From an uncultured Eubacteriales bacterium (GTDB lineage Bacteria > Acidobacteriota > Aminicenantia > Aminicenantales > Aminicenantaceae), in assembly GCA_964640835.1 (NCBI GenBank), contig CAZXJE010000001.1, positions 1-36,845 of the forward strand: a DNA stretch of 36,845 nucleotides. Direction: 5' to 3'. This document shows positions 16,659-24,235 of the stretch, one piece after another (position 1 is the stretch's first letter; every line of letters begins with the position of its first letter). Both the position numbers and the translations under genes were made by a program. A model generated the notes under the pieces. It saw only the letters and a program-made list of their open reading frames with translations. It did not search any database and was not told the DNA's origin.

Positions 16659-17624
16659 ATGAAAAGAAAATTTTTATTCATATTGATTTGTTTGTATTCT
16701 GTTTTGCTTGTGTTTTGCCAATCGCAGAAAGACAGTCCGCCAATGGAGCAGGATCTGGCCGGACTTCAGGACTATGTGCCTGAGATAGAATTTATGGGAG
16801 AAATTGTCTTCCAATCGGATATGGATGGCGACCGTGAAATCTACCTCTTGAATAAGAACGAATTGAAGAAGCTGACGGACAACAAATGGAACGACGAGAA
16901 TCCGAAATGGTCTCCGGATGGGAAAAAGATTGGATTCACGGCCAATCCGGGGGGAAAGTACGAAATTTTTATGATGAATGCAGACGGCACAGATCTGATC
17001 CAACTCACAACACATGTGCGTAATCCTATCGGCCACTCAGGTATTATTTGGCATCCGGACGGGAAGAGAATTGTTTACACGATCGAACGTAGGCCCGGAG
17101 TCTTCAAGAGATGCAGGATGGAAATGGTGGATGTCCAGTCAAAGGTTATTGAGGAGTTTGTTCCGGAATTGAACGGCAGAGCCGCGATTACTGATTTTTC
17201 TCCGGTCGAGCCCTTGGTGGGCATCACCGCCAAGCGCACAATCGGCTGGGAGGTAGCTGTCTATCATCTCCAGACTGAGGAGCTTTCCTTTTTAACTTCC
17301 AGTGGAGGGATTAGTTGCCGCCCGCATTTTTCCCATGATGGAAAAAAAATCGCCTTTATCTCGGGAGTTGGGGGCGGGAAAGGAGATATATGGCTCATGA
17401 ATCCCGGCGGAAGCGAAAAGACCAAGATGACCCAGAGGGATGAAACCCTTGACTATTTTCCCTGCTGGTCTCCTGATGATAAGTTTATCATGTTCAGTTC
17501 AACACTCAAACACAAGAAATTGAAAGGAGACTGGGCTCTTTACCTGCTGGAAGTGAAAACCGGGACTATCACTCTTTTTTTGGATACTCCTGGGGGGGAT
17601 CTGTTTCCGGATTGGTACAGATAA
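16659..17624 (+). CDS. Periplasmic PD40/TolB-like beta-propeller repeat protein with signal peptide (copy 2)
   Basis: The ORF track gives 16614..17624 (TTG start). ATG 16659 aligns with the copy 1 start and has AAGGA upstream. The N-terminus MKRKFLFILICLYSVLLVFCQSQ and the PD40 repeats are as in copy 1. Confidence 0.85.
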   Translation: MKRKFLFILICLYSVLLVFCQSQKDSPPMEQDLAGLQDYVPEIEFMGEIVFQSDMDGDREIYLLNKNELKKLTDNKWNDENPKWSPDGKKIGFTANPGGKYEIFMMNADGTDLIQLTTHVRNPIGHSGIIWHPDGKRIVYTIERRPGVFKRCRMEMVDVQSKVIEEFVPELNGRAAITDFSPVEPLVGITAKRTIGWEVAVYHLQTEELSFLTSSGGISCRPHFSHDGKKIAFISGVGGGKGDIWLMNPGGSEKTKMTQRDETLDYFPCWSPDDKFIMFSSTLKHKKLKGDWALYLLEVKTGTITLFLDTPGGDLFPDWYR

Positions 17625-17683
17625 AATTTAGATCTAGTTGAAGCGGCATGTTTTTAATAGTCGAATACCCATCCGAGGTATTG

Positions 17684-17712
17684 TTGACAATAAATCAGTA
17701 TTTATTTATAGT
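17684..17712 (+). promoter_or_regulatory. Near-consensus sigma70 promoter predicted to give a leaderless mRNA
   Basis: TTGACA (17684-17689), 17-nt spacer, TATAGT (17707-17712). ATG 17719 begins 7 nt after the -10. No Shine-Dalgarno sequence is possible. Confidence 0.55.
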
Positions 17713-17718
17713 TTAATA

Positions 17719-19050
17719 ATGAACCAAAAAACAACTCTTCCCATTGTGTTAGTCATCCTAATTTCTGTTATTGTAGCGGGCTACTTTTTTGTTTTAAAAA
17801 AAGAAGAAACTTCCTTGGACTCCCCTCATGTTGTCATTATCGGTATAGACGGAGCGGGATGGAATCTGATTGATCCGCTCTTAGAGGAGGGATTTCTTCC
17901 CAATATCAAGCATTTGAAAGATAAGGGAGGCTCCGGCACACTGGAGACGGTCAGGCCTGTGAAATCATCTGTCATCTGGACCTCTATTGCTACGGGAAAG
18001 TCGATGGTGAAGCATGGAGTCGTCGATTGGACCTACATCAATAATAACAATATTGAAGTTCCCTATCGGCAGAGCGAGAGAAGGGTTAAAGCTGTTTGGA
18101 ACATTATCGGAGAGTTGGGATGGAAAGTGGGCGTAATTAACTGGTTTATCACTTTTCCTCCTGAAGAGGTTAATGGGTACATGATATCCGAAGAATTCAG
18201 GCATTTTGGCCGTAGGGATTTTTCGAAGGTCTCTGTGACCTACCCAAGGAACCTTTTAGGGAAACTCGAATTTGCCCGATTTAATCGGAAGGAATTCCAA
18301 ACCGTAATCGAAGAGGAGAATTTGCCTAACTTCAAAGACCGCCATTCTGGATACGGAGGCGAATCCAAGCTTGTCCAAAATTATGACAATTTTGTCCTCC
18401 AAGATAAGACCATTGATTTGACCAGTCTGTATCTTTACCAGAGGTTCCCTGTGGATTTGTTTCTGTCATATTTCCGTCTGATTGATGTAGTCAGTCATTT
18501 CGCATGTGCGTATATTGCACCTGAGCTGCTGGCTAAGGGCGTTGAGGAAGAAAAGAAAGGAAAGGTGACACCCGCTACCCTGGCACAAATCCACCGGGAT
18601 TTCAGTCGTGTTATGGAGCCGGTCTATTCCTACTCTGATAGAGTATTGGGGAAATTTCTTGAACGGTTAGGGCCTCAAAGCACAGTGATAGTCGTTTCTG
18701 ACCATGGTTTTGGGTATAACAAGGGGGGCTATGGGCATACAAATTTGCCAGAGATTCCTCATGGAATAATCTTGATTAAAGGTCCTCAAATAAAGAAAGG
18801 ACATCAGATTCAAGACGCTCATATTTATGATATCATGCCCACAGTTCTTTATCTGTTTGACCTGCCAGTTGCAGAAGACATGGATGGAAAAGTGTTGACC
18901 GAAGTCTTCGACAAGAAATTTTTAAAGGAAAGACCGATCCGATTTATAAAAAGTTATGAAGACAAAACCATTAAGATCAGAGGAAAAAAAGACGAGGCTC
19001 TGGATAAGAAAACGTTGGAAGAGCTTCGTGCATTAGGTTATATTAAATAA
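17719..19050 (+). CDS. Membrane-anchored alkaline-phosphatase-superfamily enzyme, type I phosphodiesterase/nucleotide pyrophosphatase-like
   Basis: The ORF track gives 17638..19050 (TTG start). I prefer ATG 17719, giving MNQKTTLPIVLVILISVIVAGYFF as an N-terminal anchor. Motifs: VVIIGIDGAGWN, SSVIWTSIATGKSMVKHGV (Thr/Ser nucleophile region), VVSDHGF. Confidence 0.85.
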   Translation: MNQKTTLPIVLVILISVIVAGYFFVLKKEETSLDSPHVVIIGIDGAGWNLIDPLLEEGFLPNIKHLKDKGGSGTLETVRPVKSSVIWTSIATGKSMVKHGVVDWTYINNNNIEVPYRQSERRVKAVWNIIGELGWKVGVINWFITFPPEEVNGYMISEEFRHFGRRDFSKVSVTYPRNLLGKLEFARFNRKEFQTVIEEENLPNFKDRHSGYGGESKLVQNYDNFVLQDKTIDLTSLYLYQRFPVDLFLSYFRLIDVVSHFACAYIAPELLAKGVEEEKKGKVTPATLAQIHRDFSRVMEPVYSYSDRVLGKFLERLGPQSTVIVVSDHGFGYNKGGYGHTNLPEIPHGIILIKGPQIKKGHQIQDAHIYDIMPTVLYLFDLPVAEDMDGKVLTEVFDKKFLKERPIRFIKSYEDKTIKIRGKKDEALDKKTLEELRALGYIK

Positions 19051-19204
19051 ATCTCAATTGTGCCTTTCGCCCAGTTCTTGAGCAATTTTAACAGAAAATA
19101 TTAATCGTGAAGCTTCAGGTGTCAAAGGTCAAGCAATTCAATTAAATCAAAGCCATATGCCTTACGATTTACGCATAACATAAGAAAAGTCTGAATTTTG
19201 AAAG

Positions 19205-21925
19205 TTATCGGATGTAACCGAGAGCTCTCATCGTTTCTTCAAAATCTTTATCCCTGGATTTTCTTTTTTGTTTTGACTTCGCTTGATAAACCTCAGGAAT
19301 TTTGCTTATCAAATCTCTGATGATTGCACCTTTCTGGTCAAAAAGATTATGCATCTCGGTTGGATCCTTTTTCATGTCATAGAGTTCGAACTTTGCAATA
19401 GGCGGTGGGACGGGGAGATAAAATTCGGGAGGACTGCCGAAATCATTGTTCATTATCAGTTTGTAGCCGTTCTGGAAAAGAGCGATTTTTACAGGCAAAA
19501 TATCGGGATTATTAGAGTCCACATCTGCGATAAGCATTTGCTCCTCTTTTTTGCCATTTCTAAGATAATTGACTAAGCTTACACCGTCAAAATCATACCC
19601 AGAAAGATCGACATCTATTTCATCTAGTATTGTGGGCATGATATCAACTATGCTGACAGTATTGTTAAGTCGTGTATTCTTATATTTGGATTGGGGAAAT
19701 TTGATGATCAGTGGAATGCGAAGGAGTTCGTTGTAAAGAGAGTGACCATGAAGCCAGGCCTTATGATCGAAGAATTCTTCCCCGTGGTCGGAGGTCAAGA
19801 TAATCATTGTGTTTTCATAGAGTTGGAGTTTTTTTAATTTCTCGATAAGAGGTTTGATCAAAATTTCGTCGGTGAACCTTATCTCTCCGTCGTAAAGTGC
19901 CACAATGTTTTCTCTCTCTAAAGGAGATAATGTATTGAAGGGGACTTTACTTTGAGGGCTTGATCCGAGGAGGATCTCCTCTATATCTCCCTCTGTCCAG
20001 GGCATTTTTTGATCGCTGAAAAAGAAAGAGTTGAAAGGAGACGGACAGATATAGGGTGCATGCGTTTGATAGGTGTGGAGGAAGAGAAAAAATCTTTTAT
20101 CTTTGTTTGCATTAAGCCATTGGTTGACATGATGATAGAGAATTTTTGCTGAATTTGGTTTGTGGCGGGATCGCATGAATTCTCTGTAGAAATCGAAACC
20201 CTTGGAGAATCCGAACCTCTGACCAACCAGCGCTCCTCCTGTCATTGCACACGTGAAGTATTCTTCTTTTCTTAACATATCAGCAAGAGTAACGATAGAG
20301 CTATCAAGATAGGGATTTGTTTTGTCAACTCCATGATGTCTGTTATCGAGAGATGTCAACATGGAAATGTGGGCGGGAAGTGTCCACGAGGTGCTGCTGA
20401 AAGCATTTGTGAATATGGCACCCTCTGCTCCCAACTGATCCATATGAGGGCTTGTCTCCCTACTATAACCATAACATTTCAGATGATCAGCTCTTAATGT
20501 GTCCAGAGAAATCAGTATGATGTTAGGTTGTATGCGCTCCTGGGAATTTGATAAAAATTTGCGATAGATGATGGGATTCTCCCAATAGGCAAACTCCATG
20601 TCGTCTGGGACAGAGGCCTTTGTTGGTTGGTGGTTGTGAGAGCCGGATGCAGAGATGGTGATAAATTTAATGATCACATTTTTGTTGACATAGCGAGAAA
20701 GATCAATTTTCTCCTTGAAAGCTTCATTGAAAAACTTTTTTTTGTACGGAGCCAAATTTTCCGAGAAGAGGGTTTCTTCATTTTGCCCTTCTTGGATCAC
20801 GACGCTGAAACTGACTTCTGCTTCTGGATCTTTCCAAAACGGGCTGAATATTCCATATCCAAATTCCAATACACATGCCTGGGGAAGTTTCAATTCGTAC
20901 TCGAACTGCGAATGCGGGGGGGCAAGGAGAACGTTTATGGCATCATCCAGGATTCGATGTGATAGATTTTTTGCAAAACCCATGACAACAAGTTTTTTTT
21001 TAAGATTGAATGGATTATCCTTTATGGACATGTCATGAAGTGGTGACATATGACTCATTCTTGCAAGGAAAGAGGAAGATTTGTCTTCAGGCTCAGCAAT
21101 ATATTCTGCTGAATAATCGACTGTTAGAAAAGATTTTTTATCTTGTGGTACGGAAATGAGGATGATATCCTTCAAAGACTTGACTGAAATTCTATCAATA
21201 AGGACTCCATTTTCAAGCTTGCCGGTGGTTCTTTCTCCGTTTTCGATGAAAAGAGAAATTTTATTCATTCCGAACTGAGCTTGTCCGGTCATTTTGTAAC
21301 AATCGTAAGACCCGATGGATATCGTGCCTATGGGTTGGTTGTTTAACTCAACTCTGAGTTTAGGTTGTATCAATGATTGACTTTTTCCTTCCGCCCAGAT
21401 TTGTAGTATGAAGTCCCCTTCTGGCAAAAGGATCTGTTTCTCAAGCAATTTCCTCTCGTCCAAAACAAAAATATCTCGATTTTCATTGATTTCCTTGAAA
21501 TCATCAAATTCATGCTCTCCTTTGAGGAAAGTCCAACTGGAAACATCAGATTCTACAGCGTTTTCGAAAGGAATTTCCTTTCCCTCAGAATCGATCTTTA
21601 TGACAGCTGGGGCTTGTTTTGTCTCCCACGCCATCACCGGCGATTGGGTGCATATCGCATAATATTTTCTCTTGTTTAAAAGAAGTTGTTCGAATTCGGT
21701 GCCCGACCATTGCTGCTTGATTCTGATCAGCCTTTTTGTCAAGTCCATAAAAGGTGAAGCAACGATGTTTTTCTCTTCTAAGCGATCGATGAATCGGTAG
21801 AGAGTAAACGTCTCCTCTTTATGACTGGAGCAAGCCGAAAGCTGGATAATGAGAGCAATGATTATGGAAATTTTTAGTGTTTTGACTTGTATGATGTGTT
21901 TCGTCCCCATTGCCCTCCTCAACAT
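19205..21925 (-). CDS. Lipoprotein with an uncharacterised ~450-aa N-terminal domain fused to a sulfatase-fold (alkaline phosphatase superfamily) hydrolase/transferase domain
   Basis: 906-aa ORF. Lipobox: LIIQLSAC. Sulfatase-fold motifs: IILISLDTLRADHL, TSDHGEEF. The nucleophile region reads SSTSWTLPAHISMLTS, i.e. T-x-P-x-H instead of the formylglycine motif C/S-x-P-x-R. An alternative start at ATG 21910 lies 3 nt after AGGAGG. Confidence 0.85.
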   Translation of the reverse strand: MLRRAMGTKHIIQVKTLKISIIIALIIQLSACSSHKEETFTLYRFIDRLEEKNIVASPFMDLTKRLIRIKQQWSGTEFEQLLLNKRKYYAICTQSPVMAWETKQAPAVIKIDSEGKEIPFENAVESDVSSWTFLKGEHEFDDFKEINENRDIFVLDERKLLEKQILLPEGDFILQIWAEGKSQSLIQPKLRVELNNQPIGTISIGSYDCYKMTGQAQFGMNKISLFIENGERTTGKLENGVLIDRISVKSLKDIILISVPQDKKSFLTVDYSAEYIAEPEDKSSSFLARMSHMSPLHDMSIKDNPFNLKKKLVVMGFAKNLSHRILDDAINVLLAPPHSQFEYELKLPQACVLEFGYGIFSPFWKDPEAEVSFSVVIQEGQNEETLFSENLAPYKKKFFNEAFKEKIDLSRYVNKNVIIKFITISASGSHNHQPTKASVPDDMEFAYWENPIIYRKFLSNSQERIQPNIILISLDTLRADHLKCYGYSRETSPHMDQLGAEGAIFTNAFSSTSWTLPAHISMLTSLDNRHHGVDKTNPYLDSSIVTLADMLRKEEYFTCAMTGGALVGQRFGFSKGFDFYREFMRSRHKPNSAKILYHHVNQWLNANKDKRFFLFLHTYQTHAPYICPSPFNSFFFSDQKMPWTEGDIEEILLGSSPQSKVPFNTLSPLERENIVALYDGEIRFTDEILIKPLIEKLKKLQLYENTMIILTSDHGEEFFDHKAWLHGHSLYNELLRIPLIIKFPQSKYKNTRLNNTVSIVDIMPTILDEIDVDLSGYDFDGVSLVNYLRNGKKEEQMLIADVDSNNPDILPVKIALFQNGYKLIMNNDFGSPPEFYLPVPPPIAKFELYDMKKDPTEMHNLFDQKGAIIRDLISKIPEVYQAKSKQKRKSRDKDFEETMRALGYIR

Positions 21926-22281
21926 CAGCCTGCCTTCAGCAAAGTGAAATTTGTGACCTTAAAAGACTCCGAGACTGGCGGCTTGCATTTCAATGAACTG
22001 TGAGTTTAATATTCAAAATATTTTCATCGTCAACACTTTGTGGACATACTATTCGCTAATAGCGTAACAAAGATCTCAACTTTGAGCAACTCATCGCTGA
22101 GCTTGCGATAAAGGATTCCACATGGCCGAGTGTATTCATCCCTGATGACCAGGGTATACAGTGGTTGGTCGTCTTTGGTCTAGCCCTTATCTCACTCCTT
22201 ATGTCAAGAAGGATTTTGGTTGAAATCTGAAACGATATCTGGGATACAGGTTGCCTGCCTGCTTAAATGGGTTGTGGGCAG

Positions 22282-23031
22282 TTAGACGGATCGCTTGACG
22301 TTAGTTTTCGTATAGCGTTTTTTGAATAGTAACGCCATGATCAGAGTTTCGAGAAGGATCAGGAAATTCAGTTTGGTCTCTCCTTTTCTCCTGTCGACAA
22401 ATTCGATAGGAATCTCCTTCATCGTGAATTCCAGGAGGTGGGCTTTATACAGGATTTCAAGAACGATAGAGGGATTTACTGAGATGAGATCATCCAGGTC
22501 AATTTCATCGAGAACCTTTCTTTTAAAACACCTGAATCCTGAGGATACGTCCCGTACAGAGATGCCGAATTTGCGTCGGATAAAACTTCTCACAAGGAAC
22601 GTTATAATCCTCCTCACCAGATTTCTGTCTTGGTCCTTCCCGCCTTTGACAAACCTTGAGCCGATAACGAGGTCGCAATCCTTACAGGCTTGAAGGAGTT
22701 TGGGAATAAACTTAGGCTGATGGGAGAAATCTCCATCCATTTCCACGATAAAATCAGGAGAGAGCTTGAGTGCTTCTTTGAACCCATCGATACCACCTGC
22801 GCCTCTTCCTCTGCGCTTTGTCCTGATGAGGGCGTGGATTCTGTTATTCTCCTCTGCCATTTGTTGGACGAGCTTGCCCGTCCCATCGGGCGAGTTGTCA
22901 TCCGCGACCAACACGGATAGGTCCACTTCCACATTTAACGCCAAGATCTCTTTGATAAGATCTACGATGTTTTCCCGCTCGTTGAAGGTGGGGATCATGA
23001 CGACAGCTTTTCTTTTTTGCGGGTCGTTCAT
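22282..23031 (-). CDS. Family 2 glycosyltransferase, polyprenyl-phosphate mannose synthase (Ppm1/DPM1)-like
   Basis: The ORF track gives 22282..23088. ATG 23031 (MNDPQKRKAVVMIPTFNE) avoids a 50-nt overlap with the upstream GT9 gene and gives a typical N-terminus. Motifs: VMIPTFNERENI, VADDNSPDGT, VEMDGDFSHQP, VIGSRF. Confidence 0.85.
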   Translation of the reverse strand: MNDPQKRKAVVMIPTFNERENIVDLIKEILALNVEVDLSVLVADDNSPDGTGKLVQQMAEENNRIHALIRTKRRGRGAGGIDGFKEALKLSPDFIVEMDGDFSHQPKFIPKLLQACKDCDLVIGSRFVKGGKDQDRNLVRRIITFLVRSFIRRKFGISVRDVSSGFRCFKRKVLDEIDLDDLISVNPSIVLEILYKAHLLEFTMKEIPIEFVDRRKGETKLNFLILLETLIMALLFKKRYTKTNVKRSV

Positions 23032-23038
23032 TAGACAG

Positions 23039-24133
23039 TCAAGCCAGTTTTTGGATTTCGTCAAAAACCTGTTCGGGAGTGATTTCATCCATACACTTCA
23101 TGTCGTCACACGTCTGTTTGTAACATGGGGAACAGTCCACTTCTGCATAAAGTTTGATCCCCAGACCGTAAAGATCGATCTCTTGGGGACAGGTCGGCCC
23201 AAAGAGAGCAACAACCTTTTTCTCCTGTGCAATGGCCAGATGCATTCCCAGTGTATCTGAACTGACGACGATATCCATCATGGAGATAAAACCGGCGAAT
23301 TCGACGAGTGAATTGTCGTTCCCCGTGTTGTAGACTTTGTGTTTTGAATTCTGTTCAAGAGAGCTGTTCAATTCGGTTTCTCTTTTGCCGCCTAGCAAGA
23401 ATATATTCGCCTCGAGCTTCTCACTCGTAATTTCGATGAGTTTTAAATATTTCTCGGCTGGCCACTGTTTTGTTTCGAATTTGATACCAGCACCCGTGTT
23501 CAAGCCGATGGCCAGAGTGTCTTCAGAGATGTTGTTTGTTTTGAAGAAGGCCTTAGCCCTTTTTTTGCTTTCTTTTTCCAGTTGGAAGACATAGGGATCT
23601 CTCTTGTACTCAATCTCTGCAGTTTTGGCCACGATCTCTTGGTAGGTCAGCGTATTTTGTCTGAACTTAAGGCCATCGTCAATACCCAGTTGGCAGGCAT
23701 ATTCTGCCTCTTTGTTGAATGGGATAAGGTTGCCGCAGTTATTCATCCCGAACCCAAATTTGTGGGGGGACTTCACAAGGGTGGCAATTGAAGTTGACGG
23801 AGGCTCTTTATCCAGGGAGATCAGAACATCAAACTCCTCGACCATAAGAGGCGCCAGATCTTCAAGTCTGTAGGTTAGGACTTTATCGATAAAAGGATTG
23901 TTGTCAAGAAGCTCGTAGCTATCTTCATCGACCAGCCAGGAGATATGGCTTTGGGGGTATTTCCTCTTTACACCGTGCAGTATGGCTGTAGTCCTTAAAA
24001 CATCCCCCTGCGCCCGGCATTTGATGATCAGAATTTTCTGTGGAAAAGGTTTGTAATGGGGGCACTCATCACAGAGAATCTTGAATTTACAGGGTTTATC
24101 TCCCTTGAAATACAAACAGTCTGATTGAATCAA
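23039..24133 (-). CDS. Family 9 glycosyltransferase (heptosyltransferase-like) with extra Cys clusters
   Basis: 364-aa ORF. The TTG start has GAGGA 7 nt upstream. GT9 motifs: ILIIKCRAQGDVLRTTAILHGVKRKYPQSHISWLV and VVSSDTLGMHLAIAQEKKVVALFGPTCP. N-terminal C-x8-C-x5-C-x2-C and C-terminal C-x2-C-x4-C-x4-C. Confidence 0.85.
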   Translation of the reverse strand: MIQSDCLYFKGDKPCKFKILCDECPHYKPFPQKILIIKCRAQGDVLRTTAILHGVKRKYPQSHISWLVDEDSYELLDNNPFIDKVLTYRLEDLAPLMVEEFDVLISLDKEPPSTSIATLVKSPHKFGFGMNNCGNLIPFNKEAEYACQLGIDDGLKFRQNTLTYQEIVAKTAEIEYKRDPYVFQLEKESKKRAKAFFKTNNISEDTLAIGLNTGAGIKFETKQWPAEKYLKLIEITSEKLEANIFLLGGKRETELNSSLEQNSKHKVYNTGNDNSLVEFAGFISMMDIVVSSDTLGMHLAIAQEKKVVALFGPTCPQEIDLYGLGIKLYAEVDCSPCYKQTCDDMKCMDEITPEQVFDEIQKLA

Positions 24134-24235
24134 TGCATTATCCTCTGGGCATAATTTGATTCTTATTTATGCCACAAATCCCGTATAAAAACAACATTCC
24201 CTCTTCTATCTAAACGATTCTTCTTTTTTGATGCT

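Larger units (their letters stand above)
15473..17627 (+). repeat. Tandem duplication (period 1138 bp) of promoter + 5' leader + PD40-propeller gene
   Basis: Copy 1 spans ~15473-16489 and copy 2 spans ~16611-17627. Runs of perfect identity occur at the 1138-bp offset. One example is tattgatttgtttgtattctgtttt (25 nt, at 15543 and 16681). Another is cttgtgttttgccaatc. Both CDS are 321 codons. Confidence 0.9.

Noticed and set aside
21926-22281. The 356-nt non-coding gap between the sulfatase-fold gene and the Ppm1-like GT2, examined for a tRNA, ncRNA or small gene
   Set aside because: I found no tRNA-like T-arm or acceptor pairing. There are only short hairpins (CCCTG-atgac-CAGGG near 22140) and a plausible minus-strand TTGACG-N16/17-TATTAA promoter (22033-22005). 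Short ATG ORFs there lack ribosome-binding sites. The gap is best read as a long promoter/5'UTR region.
24148-24173. Perfect 7-bp inverted repeat GGCATAA-N12-TTATGCC between asnB and the GT9 gene, considered as an intrinsic terminator
   Set aside because: On the transcribed (minus) strand it is not followed by a U-run. It sits directly in front of the GT9 ribosome-binding site, and its stem is A/T-rich and weak. At most it is a minor processing or attenuation element.
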